Made by a program: the position numbers and the translations under genes. Positions 28,201-42,153 of a DNA stretch of 64,000 nucleotides are shown here, in pieces (position 1 is the stretch's first letter; the number at the start of each line of letters is the position of its first letter). Source of the stretch: Auanema rhodensis (Eukaryota; Animalia; Nematoda); assembly GCA_964057225.1 (NCBI GenBank), contig CAXKVF010000081.1, positions 316,452-380,451 of the forward strand, read 5' to 3'. The notes beneath the pieces are model-generated. The model had not been told where the DNA came from, ran no database searches, and saw only the letters and a list, made by a program, of their open reading frames with translations.

Positions 28201-31200
28201 GCGAGTTACATACCAAGTGCACATCACGTGTACATTTAATTAGCATAAATTAAAGTTCACGTAAATTTCAAAGTCATGGTTACCATGAACCAATATCAAT
28301 AAAAGTTTGTTTTTAGACTAATATGGACATGGGGAATCAAATTTTGAAAACCGCATCTCTTTATCTTTCACGTGAAGCGAGTTACATACCAAGTGCACAT
28401 CACGTGTACATTTAATTAGCATAAATTAAAGTTCACGTAAATTTCAAAGTCATGGTTACCATGCACCAATATCAATAAAAATTTGTTTTTAGACTAATAT
28501 GGACATGGGGAATCAAATTTTGAAAACCGCATCTCTTCATCTTTCACGTGAAGCGAGTTACATACCAAGTGCACATCACGTGTACATTTAATTAGCATAA
28601 ATTAAAGTTCACGTAAATTTCAAAGTCATGGTTACCATGCACCAATATCAATAAAAATTTGTTTTTAGACTAATATGGACATGGGGAATCTAATTTTGAA
28701 AACCGCATCTCTTTATCTTTCACGTGAAGCGAGTTACATACCAAGTGCACATCACGTGTACATTTAATTAGCATAAATTAAAGTTCACGCAAATTTCAAA
28801 GTCATGGTTACCATGAACCAATATCAATGAAAATTTGTTTTTAGACTAATATGGACATGGGGAATCAAATTTTGAAAACCGCATCTCTTTATCTTTCACG
28901 TGAAGCGAGTTACATACCAAGTGCACATCACGTGTACATTTAATTAGCATAAATTAAAGTTCACGTAAATTTCAAAGTCATGGTTACCATGAACCAATAT
29001 CAATAAAAATTTGTTTTTAGACTAATATGGACATGGGGAATCTAATTTTGAAAACCGCATCTCTTTATCTTTCACGTGAAGCGAGTTACATACCAAGTGC
29101 ACATCACGTGTACATTTAATTAGCATAAATTAAAGTTCACGTAAATTTCAAAGTCATGGTTACCATGCACCAATATCGATAAAAATTTGTTTTTAGACTA
29201 ATATGGACATGGGGAATCTTATTTTGAAAACCGCATCTCTTTATCTTTCACGTGAAGCGAGTTACATACCAAGTGCACATCACGTGTACATTTAATTAGC
29301 ATAAATTAAAGTTCACGTAAATTTCAAAGTCATGGTTACCATGCACCAATATCAATAAAAATTCGTTTTTAGACTAATATGTACATGGGGAATCTTATTT
29401 TGAAAACCGCATCTCTTTATCTTTCACGTGAAGCGAGTTACATACCAAGTGCACATCACGTGTACATTTAATTAGCATAAATTAAAGTTCACGTAAATTT
29501 CAAAGTCATGGTTACCATGCACCAATATCAATAAAAATTTGTTTTTAGACTAATATGGATATGGGGAATCCAATTTTGAAAACCGCATCTCTTTATCTTT
29601 CACGTGAAGCGAGTTACATACCAAGTGCACATCACGTGTACATTTAATTAGCATAAATTAAAGTTCACGTAAATTTCAAAGTCATGGTTACCATGAACCA
29701 ATATCAATAAAAATTTGTTTTTAGACTAATATGGACATGGGGAATCAAATTTTGAAAACCGCATCTCTTTATCTTTCACGTGAAGCGAGTTACATACCAA
29801 GTGCACATCACGTGTACATTTAATTAGCATAAATTAAAGTTCACGTAAATTTCAAAGTCATGGTTACCATGCACCAATATCAATAAAAATTTGTTTTTAG
29901 ACTAATATGGACATGGGGAATCTAATTTTGAAAACCGCATCTCTTTATCTTTCACGTGAAGCGAGTTACATACCAAGTGCACATCACGTGTACATTTAAT
30001 TAGCATAAATTAAAGTTCACGTAAATTTCAAAGTCATGGTTACCATGCACCAATATCAATAAAAATTTGTTTTTAGACTAATATGGACATGGGGAATCTA
30101 ATTTTGAAAACCGCATCTCTTTATCTTTCACGTGAAGCGAGTTACATACCAAGTGCACATCACGTGTACATTTAATTAGCATAAATTAAAGTTCACGTAA
30201 ATTTCAAAGTCATGGTTACCATGCACCAATATCAATAAAAATTTGTTTTTAGACTAATATGGACATGGGGAATCTAATTTTGAAAACCGCATCTCTTTAT
30301 CTTTCACGTGAAGCGAGTTACATACCAAGTGCACATCACGTGTACATTTAATTAGCATAAATTAAAGTTCACGTAAATTTCAAAGTCATGGTTACCATGC
30401 ACCAATATCAATAAAAATTTGTTTTTAGACTAATATGGACATGGGGAATCTAATTTTGAAAACCGCATCTCTTTATCTTTCACGTGAAGCGAGTTACATA
30501 CCAAGTGCACATCACGTGTACATTTAATTAGCATAAATTAAAGTTCACGTAAATTTCAAAGTCATGGTTACCATGCACCAATATCAATAAAAATTTGTTT
30601 TTAGACTAATATGGACATGAGGAATCTAATTTTGAAAACCGCATCTCTTTATCTTTCACGTGAAGCGAGTTACATACCAAGTGCACATCACGTGTACATT
30701 TAATTAGCATAAATTAAAGTTCACGTAAATTTCAAAGTCATGGTTACCATGCACCAATATCAATAAAAATTTGTTTTTAGACTAATATGGATATGGGGAA
30801 TCCAATTTTGAAAACCGCATCTCTTTATCTTTCACGTGAAGCGAGTTACATACCAAGTGCACATCACGTGTACATTTAATTAGCATAAATTAAAGTTCAC
30901 GTAAATTTCAAAGTCATGGTTACCATGAACCAATATCAATAAAAATTTGTTTTTAGACTAATATGGACATGGGGAATCAAATTTTGAAAACCGCATCTCT
31001 TTATCTTTCACGTGAAGCGAGTTACATACCAAGTGCACATCACGTGTACATTTAATTAGCATAAATTAAAGTTCACGTAAATTTCAAAGTCATGGTTACC
31101 ATGCACCAATATCAATAAAAATTTGTTTTTAGACTAATATGGACATGGGGAATCTAATTTTGAAAACCGCATCTCTTTATCTTTCACGTGAAGCGAGTTA

Positions 31201-34200
31201 CATACCAAGTGCACATCACGTGTACATTTAATTAGCATAAATTAAAGTTCACGTAAATTTCAAAGTCATGGTTACCATGCACCAATATCAATAAAAATTT
31301 GTTTTTAGACTAATATGGACATGGGGAATCTAATTTTGAAAACCGCATCTCTTTATCTTTCACGTGAAGCGAGTTACATACCAAGTGCACATCACGTGTA
31401 CATTTAATTAGCATAAATTAAAGTTCACGTAAATTTCAAAGTCATGGTTACCATGCACCAATATCAATAAAAATTTGTTTTTAGACTAATATGGACATGG
31501 GGAATCAAATTTTGAAAACCGCATCTCTTCATCTTTCACGTGAAGCGAGTTACATACCAAGTGCACATCACGTGTACATTTAATTAGCATAAATTAAAGT
31601 TCACGTAAATTTCAAAGTCATGGTTACCATGCACCAATATCAATAAAAATTTGTTTTTAGACTAATATGGACATGGGGAATCTAATTTTGAAAACCGCAT
31701 CTCTTTATCTTTCACGTGAAGCGAGTTACATACCAAGTGCACATCACGTGTACATTTAATTAGCATAAATTAAAGTTCACGTAAATTTCAAAGTCATGGT
31801 TACCATGAACCAATATCAATAAAAGTTTGTTTTTAGACTAATATGGACATGGGGAATCAAATTTTGAAAACCGCATCTCTTTATCTTTCACGTGAAGCGA
31901 GTTACATACCAAGTGCACATCACGTGTACATTTAATTAGCATAAATTAAAGTTCACGTAAATTTCAAAGTCATGGTTACCATGCACCAATATCAATAAAA
32001 ATTTGTTTTTAGACTAATATGGACATGGGGAATCAAATTTTGAAAACCGCATCTCTTCATCTTTCACGTGAAGCGAGTTACATACCAAGTGCACATCACG
32101 TGTACATTTAATTAGCATAAATTAAAGTTCACGTAAATTTCAAAGTCATGGTTACCATGCACCAATATCAATAAAAATTTGTTTTTAGACTAATATGGAC
32201 ATGGGGAATCTAATTTTGAAAACCGCATCTCTTTATCTTTCACGTGAAGCGAGTTACATACCAAGTGCACATCACGTGTACATTTAATTAGCATAAATTA
32301 AAGTTCACGCAAATTTCAAAGTCATGGTTACCATGAACCAATATCAATGAAAATTTGTTTTTAGACTAATATGGACATGGGGAATCAAATTTTGAAAACC
32401 GCATCTCTCTATCTTTCACGTGAAGCGAGTTACATACCAAGTGCACATCACGTGTACATTTAATTAGCATAAATTAAAGTTCACGTAAATTTCAAAGTCA
32501 TGGTTACCATGAACCAATATCAATAAAAATTTGTTTTTAGACTAATATGGACATGGGGAATCTAATTTTGAAAACCGCATCTCTTTATCTTTCACGTGAA
32601 GCGAGTTACATACCAAGTGCACATCACGTGTACATTTAATTAGCATAAATTAAAGTTCACGTAAATTTCAAAGTCATGGTTACCATGCACCAATATCGAT
32701 AAAAATTTGTTTTTAGACTAATATGGACATGGGGAATCTTATTTTGAAAACCGCATCTCTTTATCTTTCACGTGAAGCGAGTTACATACCAAGTGCACAT
32801 CACGTGTACATTTAATTAGCATAAATTAAAGTTCACGTAAATTTCAAAGTCATGGTTACCATGCACCAATATCAATAAAAATTCGTTTTTAGACTAATAT
32901 GTACATGGGGAATCTTATTTTGAAAACCGCATCTCTTTATCTTTCACGTGAAGCGAGTTACATACCAAGTGCACATCACGTGTACATTTAATTAGCATAA
33001 ATTAAAGTTCACGTAAATTTCAAAGTCATGGTTACCATGCACCAATATCAATAAAAATTTGTTTTTAGACTAATATGGATATGGGGAATCCAATTTTGAA
33101 AACCGCATCTCTTTATCTTTCACGTGAAGCGAGTTACATACCAAGTGCACATCACGTGTACATTTAATTAGCATAAATTAAAGTTCACGTAAATTTCAAA
33201 GTCATGGTTACCATGAACCAATATCAATAAAAATTTGTTTTTAGACTAATATGGACATGGGGAATCAAATTTTGAAAACCGCATCTCTTTATCTTTCACG
33301 TGAAGCGAGTTACATACCAAGTGCACATCACGTGTACATTTAATTAGCATAAATTAAAGTTCACGTAAATTTCAAAGTCATGGTTACCATGCACCAATAT
33401 CAATAAAAATTTGTTTTTAGACTAATATGGACATGGGGAATCTAATTTTGAAAACCGCATCTCTTTATCTTTCACGTGAAGCGAGTTACATACCAAGTGC
33501 ACATCACGTGTACATTTAATTAGCATAAATTAAAGTTCACGTAAATTTCAAAGTCATGGTTACCATGCACCAATATCAATAAAAATTTGTTTTTAGACTA
33601 ATATGGACATGGGGAATCTAATTTTGAAAACCGCATCTCTTTATCTTTCACGTGAAGCGAGTTACATACCAAGTGCACATCACGTGTACATTTAATTAGC
33701 ATAAATTAAAGTTCACGTAAATTTCAAAGTCATGGTTACCATGCACCAATATCAATAAAAATTTGTTTTTAGACTAATATGGACATGGGGAATCTAATTT
33801 TGAAAACCGCATCTCTTTATCTTTCACGTGAAGCGAGTTACATACCAAGTGCACATCACGTGTACATTTAATTAGCATAAATTAAAGTTCACGTAAATTT
33901 CAAAGTCATGGTTACCATGCACCAATATCAATAAAAATTTGTTTTTAGACTAATATGGACATGGGGAATCTAATTTTGAAAACCGCATCTCTTTATCTTT
34001 CACGTGAAGCGAGTTACATACCAAGTGCACATCACGTGTACATTTAATTAGCATAAATTAAAGTTCACGTAAATTTCAAAGTCATGGTTACCATGCACCA
34101 ATATCAATAAAAATTTGTTTTTAGACTAATATGGACATGAGGAATCTAATTTTGAAAACCGCATCTCTTTATCTTTCACGTGAAGCGAGTTACATACCAA

Positions 34201-35000
34201 GTGCACATCACGTGTACATTTAATTAGCATAAATTAAAGTTCACGTAAATTTCAAAGTCATGGTTACCATGCACCAATATCAATAAAAATTTGTTTTTAG
34301 ACTAATATGGATATGGGGAATCCAATTTTGAAAACCGCATCTCTTTATCTTTCACGTGAAGCGAGTTACATACCAAGTGCACATCACGTGTACATTTAAT
34401 TAGCATAAATTAAAGTTCACGTAAATTTCAAAGTCATGGTTACCATGAACCAATATCAATAAAAATTTGTTTTTAGACTAATATGGACATGGGGAATCGA
34501 ATTTTGAAAACCGCATCTCTTTATCTTTCACGTGAAGCGAGTTACATACCAAGTGCACATCACGTGTACATTTAATTAGCATAAATTAAAGTTCACGTAA
34601 ATTTCAAAGTCATGGTTACCATGCACCAATATCAATAAAAATTTGTTTTTAGACTAATATGGACATGGGGAATCTAATTTTGAAAACCGCATCTCTTTAT
34701 CTTTCACGTGAAGCGAGTTACATACCAAGTGCACATCACGTGTACATTTAATTAGCATAAATTAAAGTTCACGTAAATTTCAAAGTCATGGTTACCATGC
34801 ACCAATATCAATAAAAATTTGTTTTTAGACTAATATGGACATGGGGAATCTAATTTTGAAAACCGCATCTCTTTATCTTTCACGTGAAGCGAGTTACATA
34901 CCAAGTGCACATCACGTGTACATTTAATTAGCATAAATTAAAGTTCACGTAAATTTCAAAGTCATGGTTACCATGCACCAATATCAATAAAAATTTGTTT
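25300..35000 (+). repeat. Three copies of a higher-order unit spaced 17 and 20 monomers apart
   Basis: cacgCaa at 25798/28790/32310, atcGat at 26186/29178/32698 and ttCgtt at 26372/29364/32884 give spacings of 2992 and 3520 bp. Boundaries are approximate. Confidence 0.88.
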
Positions 35001-35370
35001 TTAGACTAATATGGACATGGGGAATCTAATTTTGAAAACCGCATCTCTTTATCTTTCACGTGAAGCGAGTTACATACCAAGTGCACATCACGTGTACATT
35101 TAATTAGCATAAATTAAAGTTCACGTAAATTTCAAAGTCATGGTTACCATGCACCAATATCAATAAAAATTTGTTTTTAGACTAATATGGACATGGGGAA
35201 TCTAATTTTGAAAACCGCATCTCTTTATCTTTCACGTGAAGCGAGTTACATACCAAGTGCACATCACGTGTACATTTAATTAGCATAAATTAAAGTTCAC
35301 GTAAATTTCAAAGTCATGGTTACCATGAACCAATATCAATGAAAATTTGTTTTTAGACTAATATGGACAT

Positions 35371-35385
35371 GGGGAATTAAATGTA
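35371..35385. other. Left inversion junction with 3-bp microhomology (AAT)
   Basis: The junction reads gggg[aat]taaatgtac. The forward monomer is ggggAATc and the reverse monomer is tAATtaaatgtac, so 35375-35377 fits both. Confidence 0.92.
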
Positions 35386-38300
35386 CACGTGATGTGCACT
35401 TGGTATGTAACTCGCTTCACGTGAAAGATAAAGAGATGCGGTTTTCAAAATTTGATTCCCCATGTCCATATTAGTCTAAAAACAAATTTTCATTGATATT
35501 GGTGCATGGTAACCATGACTTTGAAATTTACGTGAACTTTAATTTATGCTAATTAAATGTACACGTGATGTGCACTTGGTATGTAACTCGCTACACGTGA
35601 AAGATAAAGAGATGCGGTTTTCAAAATTAGATTCCTCATGTCCATATTAGTCTAAAAACAAATTTTTATTGATATTGGTGCATGGTAACCATGACTTTGA
35701 AATTTACGTGAACTTTAATTTATGCTAATTAAATGTACACGTGATGTGCACTTGGTATGTAACTCGCTTCACGTGAAAGATAAAGAGATGCGGTTTTCAA
35801 AATTAGATTCCCCATGTACATATTAGTCTAAAAACGAATTTTTATTGATATTGGTGCATGGTAACCATGACTTTGAAATTTACGTGAACTTTAATTTATG
35901 CTAATTAAATGTACACGTGATGTGCACTTGGTATGTAACTCGCTTCACGTGAAAGATAAAGAGATGCGGTTTCCAAAATTTGATTCCCCATGTCCATATT
36001 AGTCTGAATACAAATTTTCATTGATATTGGTTCATGGTAACCATGACTTTGAATTTTACGTGAACTTTAATTTATGCTAATTAAATGTACACGTGATGTG
36101 CACTTGGTATGTAACTCGCTTCACGTGAAAGATAAAGAGATGCGGTTTTCAAAATTTGATTCCCCATGTCCATATTAGTCTGAATACAAATTTTCATTGA
36201 TATTGGTTCATGGTAACCATGACTTTGAAATTTACGTGAACTTTAATTTATGCTAATTAAATGTACACGTGATGTGCACTTGGTATGTAACTCGCTTCAC
36301 GTGAAAGATAAAGAGATGCGGTTTTCAAAATTAGATTTCCCATGTCCATATTAGTCTAAAAACAAATTTTTATTGATATTGGTGCATGGTAACCATGACT
36401 TTGAAATTTACGTGAACTTTAATTTATGCTAATTAAATGTACACGTGATGTGCACTTGGTATGTAACTCGCTACACGTGAAAGATAAAGAGATGCGGTTT
36501 TCAAAATTAGATTCCTCATGTCCATATTAGTCTAAAAACAAATTTTTATTGATATTGGTGCATGGTAACCATGACTTTGAAATTTACGTGAACTTTAATT
36601 TATGCTAATTAAATGTACACGTGATGTGCACTTGGTATGTAACTCGCTTCACGTGAAAGATAAAGAGATGCGGTTTTCAAAATTTGATTCCCCATGTCCA
36701 TATTAGTCTGAATACAAATTTTCATTGATATTGGTTCATGGTAACCATGACTTTGAAATTTACGTGAACTTTAATTTATGCTAATTAAATGTACACGTGA
36801 TGTGCACTTGGTATGTAACTCGCTTCACGTGAAAGATAAAGAGATGCGGTTTTCAAAATTAGATTTCCCATGTCCATATTAGTCTAAAAACAAATTTTTA
36901 TTGATATTGGTGCATGGTAACCATGACTTTGAAATTTACGTGAACTTTAATTTATGCTAATTAAATGTACACGTGATGTGCACTTGGTATGTAACTCGCT
37001 ACACGTGAAAGATAAAGAGATGCGGTTTTCAAAATTAGATTCCTCATGTCCATATTAGTCTAAAAACAAATTTTTATTGATATTGGTGCATGGTAACCAT
37101 GACTTTGAAATTTACGTGAACTTTAATTTATGCTAATTAAATGTACACGTGATGTGCACTTGGTATGTAACTCGCTTCACGTGAAAGATAAAGAGATGCG
37201 GTTTTCAAAATTAGATTCCCCATGTACATATTAGTCTAAAAACGAATTTTTATTGATATTGGTGCATGGTAACCATGACTTTGAAATTTACGTGAACTTT
37301 AATTTATGCTAATTAAATGTACACGTGATGTGCACTTGGTATGTAACTCGCTTCACGTGAAAGATAAAGAGATGCGGTTTCCAAAATTTGATTCCCCATG
37401 TCCATATTAGTCTGAATACAAATTTTCATTGGTATTGGTTCATGGTAACCATGACTTTGAATTTTACGTGAACTTTAATTTATGCTAATTAAATGTACAC
37501 GTGATGTGCACTTGGTATGTAACTCGCTTCACGTGAAAGATAAAGAGATGCGGTTTTCAAAATTAGATTTCCCATGTCCATATTAGTCTAAAAACAAATT
37601 TTTATTGATATTGGTGCATGGTAACCATGACTTTGAAATTTACGTGAACTTTAATTTATGCTAATTAAATGTACACGTGATGTGCACTTGGTATGTAACT
37701 CGCTTCACGTGAAAGATAAAGAGATGCGGTTTTCAAAATTAGATTCCTCATGTCCATATTAGTCTAAAAACAAATTTTTATTGATATTGGTGCATGGTAA
37801 CCATGACTTTGAAATTTACGTGAACTTTAATTTATGCTAATTAAATGTACACGTGATGTGCACTTGGTATGTAACTCGCTTCACGTGAAAGATAAAGAGA
37901 TGCGGTTTTCAAAATTAGATTCCCCATGTCCATATTAGTCTAAAAACAAATTTTTATTGATATTGGTGCATGGTAACCATGACTTTGAAATTTACGTGAA
38001 CTTTAATTTATGCTAATTAAATGTACACGTGATGTGCACTTGGTATGTAACTCGCTTCACGTGAAAGATAAAGAGATGCGGTTTTCAAAATAAGATTCCC
38101 CATGTACATATTAGTCTAAAAACGAATTTTTATTGATATTGGTGCATGGTAACCATGACTTTGAAATTTACGTGAACTTTAATTTATGCTAATTAAATGT
38201 ACACGTGATGTGCACTTGGTATGTAACTCGCTTCACGTGAAAGATAAAGAGATGCGGTTTTCAAAATTAGATTCCCCATGTCCATATTAGTCTAAAAACA

Positions 38301-41300
38301 AATTTTTATTGATATTGGTGCATGGTAACCATGACTTTGAAATTTACGTGAACTTTAATTTATGCTAATTAAATGTACACGTGATGTGCACTTGGTATGT
38401 AACTCGCTTCACGTGAAAGATAAAGAGATGCGGTTTTCAAAATTAGATTCCCCATGTCCATATTAGTCTAAAAACAAATTTTTATTGATATTGGTGCATG
38501 GTAACCATGACTTTGAAATTTACGTGAACTTTAATTTATGCTAATTAAATGTACACGTGATGTGCACTTGGTATGTAACTCGCTTCACGTGAAAGATAAA
38601 GAGATGCGGTTTTCAAAATTTGATTCCCCATGTCCATATTAGTCTAAAAACAAACTTTTATTGATATTGGTTCATGGTAACCATGACTTTGAAATTTACG
38701 TGAACTTTAATTTATGCTAATTAAATGTACACGTGATGTGCACTTGGTATGTAACTCGCTTCACGTGAAAGATAAAGAGATGCGGTTTTCAAAATTTGAT
38801 TCCCCATGTCCATATTAGTCTAAAAACAAATTTTCATTGATATTGGTTCATGGTAACCATAACTTTGAAATTTACGTGAACTTTAATTTATGCTAATTAA
38901 ATGTACACGTGATGTGCACTTGGTATGTAACTCGCTTCACGTGAAAGATAAAGAGTTGCGGTTTTCAAAATTAGATTCCCCATGTCCATATTAGTCTAAA
39001 AACAAATTTTTATTGATATTGGTGCATGGTAACCATGACTTTGAAATTTACGTGAACTTTAATTTATGCTAATTAAATGTACACGTGATGTGCACTTGGT
39101 ATGTAACTCGCTTCACGTGAAAGATAAAGAGATGCGGTTTTCAAAATTTGATTCCCCATGTCCATATTAGTCTAAAAACAAATTTTTATTGATATTGGTT
39201 CATGGTAACCATGACTTTGAAATTTACGTGAACTTTAATTTATGCTAATTAAATGTACACGTGATGTGCACTTGGTATGTAACTCGCTTCACGTGAAAGA
39301 TAAAGAGATGCGGTTTTCAAAATTAGATTCCCCATGTCCATATTAGTCTAAAAACAAATTTTTATTGATATTGGTGCATGGTAACCATGACTTTGAAATT
39401 TACGTGAACTTTAATTTATGCTAATTAAATGTACACGTGATGTGCACTTGGTATGTAACTCGCTTCACGTGAAAGATAAAGAGATGCGGTTTTCAAAATT
39501 AGATTCCCCATGTCCATATTAGTCTAAAAACAAATTTTTATTGATATTGGTGCATGGTAACCATGACTTTGAAATTTACGTGAACTTTAATTTATGCTAA
39601 TTAAATGTACACGTGATGTGCACTTGGTATGTAACTCGCTTCACGTGAAAGATAAAGAGATGCGGTTTTCAAAATTTGATTCCCCATGTCCATATTAGTC
39701 TAAAAACAAATTTTCATTGATATTGGTGCATGGTAACCATGACTTTGAAATTTACGTGAACTTTAATTTATGCTAATTAAATGTACACGTGATGTGCACT
39801 TGGTATGTAACTCGCTTCACGTGAAAGATAAAGAGATGCGGTTTTCAAAATTTGATTCCCCATGTCCATATTAGTCTAAAAACAAACTTTTATTGATATT
39901 GGTTCATGGTAACCATGACTTTGAAATTTACGTGAACTTTAATTTATGCTAATTAAATGTACACGTGATGTGCACTTGGTATGTAACTCGCTTCACGTGA
40001 AAGATAAAGAGATGCGGTTTTCAAAATTAGATTTCCCATGTCCATATTAGTCTAAAAACAAATTTTTATTGATATTGGTGCATGGTAACCATGACTTTGA
40101 AATTTACGTGAACTTTAATTTATGCTAATTAAATGTACACGTGATGTGCACTTGGTATGTAACTCGCTTCACGTGAAAGATGAAGAGATGCGGTTTTCAA
40201 AATTAGATTCCTCATGTCCATATTAGTCTAAAAACAAATTTTTATTGATATTGGTGCATGGTAACCATGACTTTGAAATTTACGTGAACTTTAATTTATG
40301 CTAATTAAATGTACACGTGATGTGCACTTGGTATGTAACTCGCTTCACGTGAAAGATAAAGAGATGCGGTTTTCAAAATTTGATTCCCCATGTCCATATT
40401 AGTCTGAATACAAATTTTCATTGATATTGGTTCATGGTAACCATGACTTTGAAATTTACGTGAACTTTAATTTATGCTAATTAAATGTACACGTGATGTG
40501 CACTTGGTATGTAACTCGCTTCACGTGAAAGATAAAGAGATGCGGTTTTCAAAATTTGATTCCCCATGTCCATATTAGTCTAAAAACAAACTTTTATTGA
40601 TATTGGTTCATGGTAACCATGACTTTGAAATTTACGTGAACTTTAATTTATGCTAATTAAATGTACACGTGATGTGCACTTGGTATGTAACTCGCTTCAC
40701 GTGAAAGATAAAGAGATGCGGTTTTCAAAATTTGATTCCCCATGTCCATATTAGTCTAAAAACAAATTTTCATTGATATTGGTTCATGGTAACCATGACT
40801 TTGAAATTTACGTGAACTTTAATTTATGCTAATTAAATGTACACGTGATGTGCACTTGGTATGTAACTCGCTTCACGTGAAAGATAAAGAGATGCGGTTT
40901 TCAAAATTAGATTTCCCATGTCCATATTAGTCTAAAAACAAATTTTTATTGATATTGGTGCATGGTAACCATGACTTTGAAATTTACGTGAACTTTAATT
41001 TATGCTAATTAAATGTACACGTGATGTGCACTTGGTATGTAACTCGCTTCACGTGAAAGATAAAGAGATGCGGTTTTCAAAATTTGATTCCCCATGTCCA
41101 TATTAGTCTAAAAACAAATTTTCATTGATATTGGTTCATGGTAACCATGACTTTGAAATTTACGTGAACTTTAATTTATGCTAATTAAATGTACACGTGA
41201 TGTGCACTTGGTATGTAACTCGCTTCACGTGAAAGATAAAGAGATGCGGTTTTCAAAATTAGATTCCCCATGTCCATATTAGTCTAAAAACAAATTTTTA

Positions 41301-42153
41301 TTGATATTGGTGCATGGTAACCATGACTTTGAAATTTACGTGAACTTTAATTTATGCTAATTAAATGTACACGTGATGTGCACTTGGTATGTAACTCGCT
41401 TCACGTGAAAGATAAAGAGATGCGGTTTTCAAAATTAGATTCCCCATGTACATATTAGTCTAAAAACAAATTTTTATTGATATTGGTTCATGGTAACCAT
41501 GACTTTGAAATTTACGTGAACTTTAATTTATGCTAATTAAATGTACACGTGATGTGCACTTGGTATGTAACTCGCTTCACGTGAAAGATAAAGAGATGCG
41601 GTTTTCAAAATTAGATTCCCCATGTCCATATTAGTCTAAAAACAAATTTTTATTGATATTGGTGCATGGTAACCATGACTTTGAAATTTACGTGAACTTT
41701 AATTTATGCTAATTAAATGTACACGTGATGTGCACTTGGTATGTAACTCGCTTCACGTGAAAGATAAAGTGATGCGGTTTTCAAAATTAGATTCCCCATG
41801 TCCATATTAGTCTAAAAACAAATTTTTATTGATATTGGTTCATGGTAACCATGACTTTGAAATTTACGTGAACTTTAATTTATGCTAATTAAATGTACAC
41901 GTGATGTGCACTTGGTATGTAACTCGCTTCACGTGAAAGATAAAGAGATGCGGTTTTCAAAATTTGATTCCCCATGTCCATATTAGTCTAAAAACAAACT
42001 TTTATTGATATTGGTTCATGGTAACCATGACTTTGAAATTTACGTGAACTTTAATTTATGCTAATTAAATGTACACGTGATGTGCACTTGGTATGTAACT
42101 CGCTTCACGTGAAAGATAAAGAGATGCGGTTTTCAAAATTTGATTCCCCATGT
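35375..42153 (-). repeat. Inverted satellite block (~6.78 kb, ~38.5 monomers)
   Basis: The sequence switches to the reverse complement (aattaaatgtacacgtgatgtgcacttggtatgtaactcgcttcacgtgaaag...) at 35375-35378 and runs to ...gattccccatgt at 42153. Confidence 0.98.

Larger units (their letters stand above)
1..35377 (+). repeat. Left forward-oriented satellite block (~201 monomers)
   Basis: Monomers read ...ggacatggggaatc...ttcacgtgaagcg...catggttaccatg on the + strand up to 'ggggaat' at 35371-35377. The only length changes are three 1-bp T losses (~2472, ~2792, ~5255) and one 31-bp phase loss at 2715/2716, totalling -34. This matches the monomer start at 6831. Confidence 0.97.
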
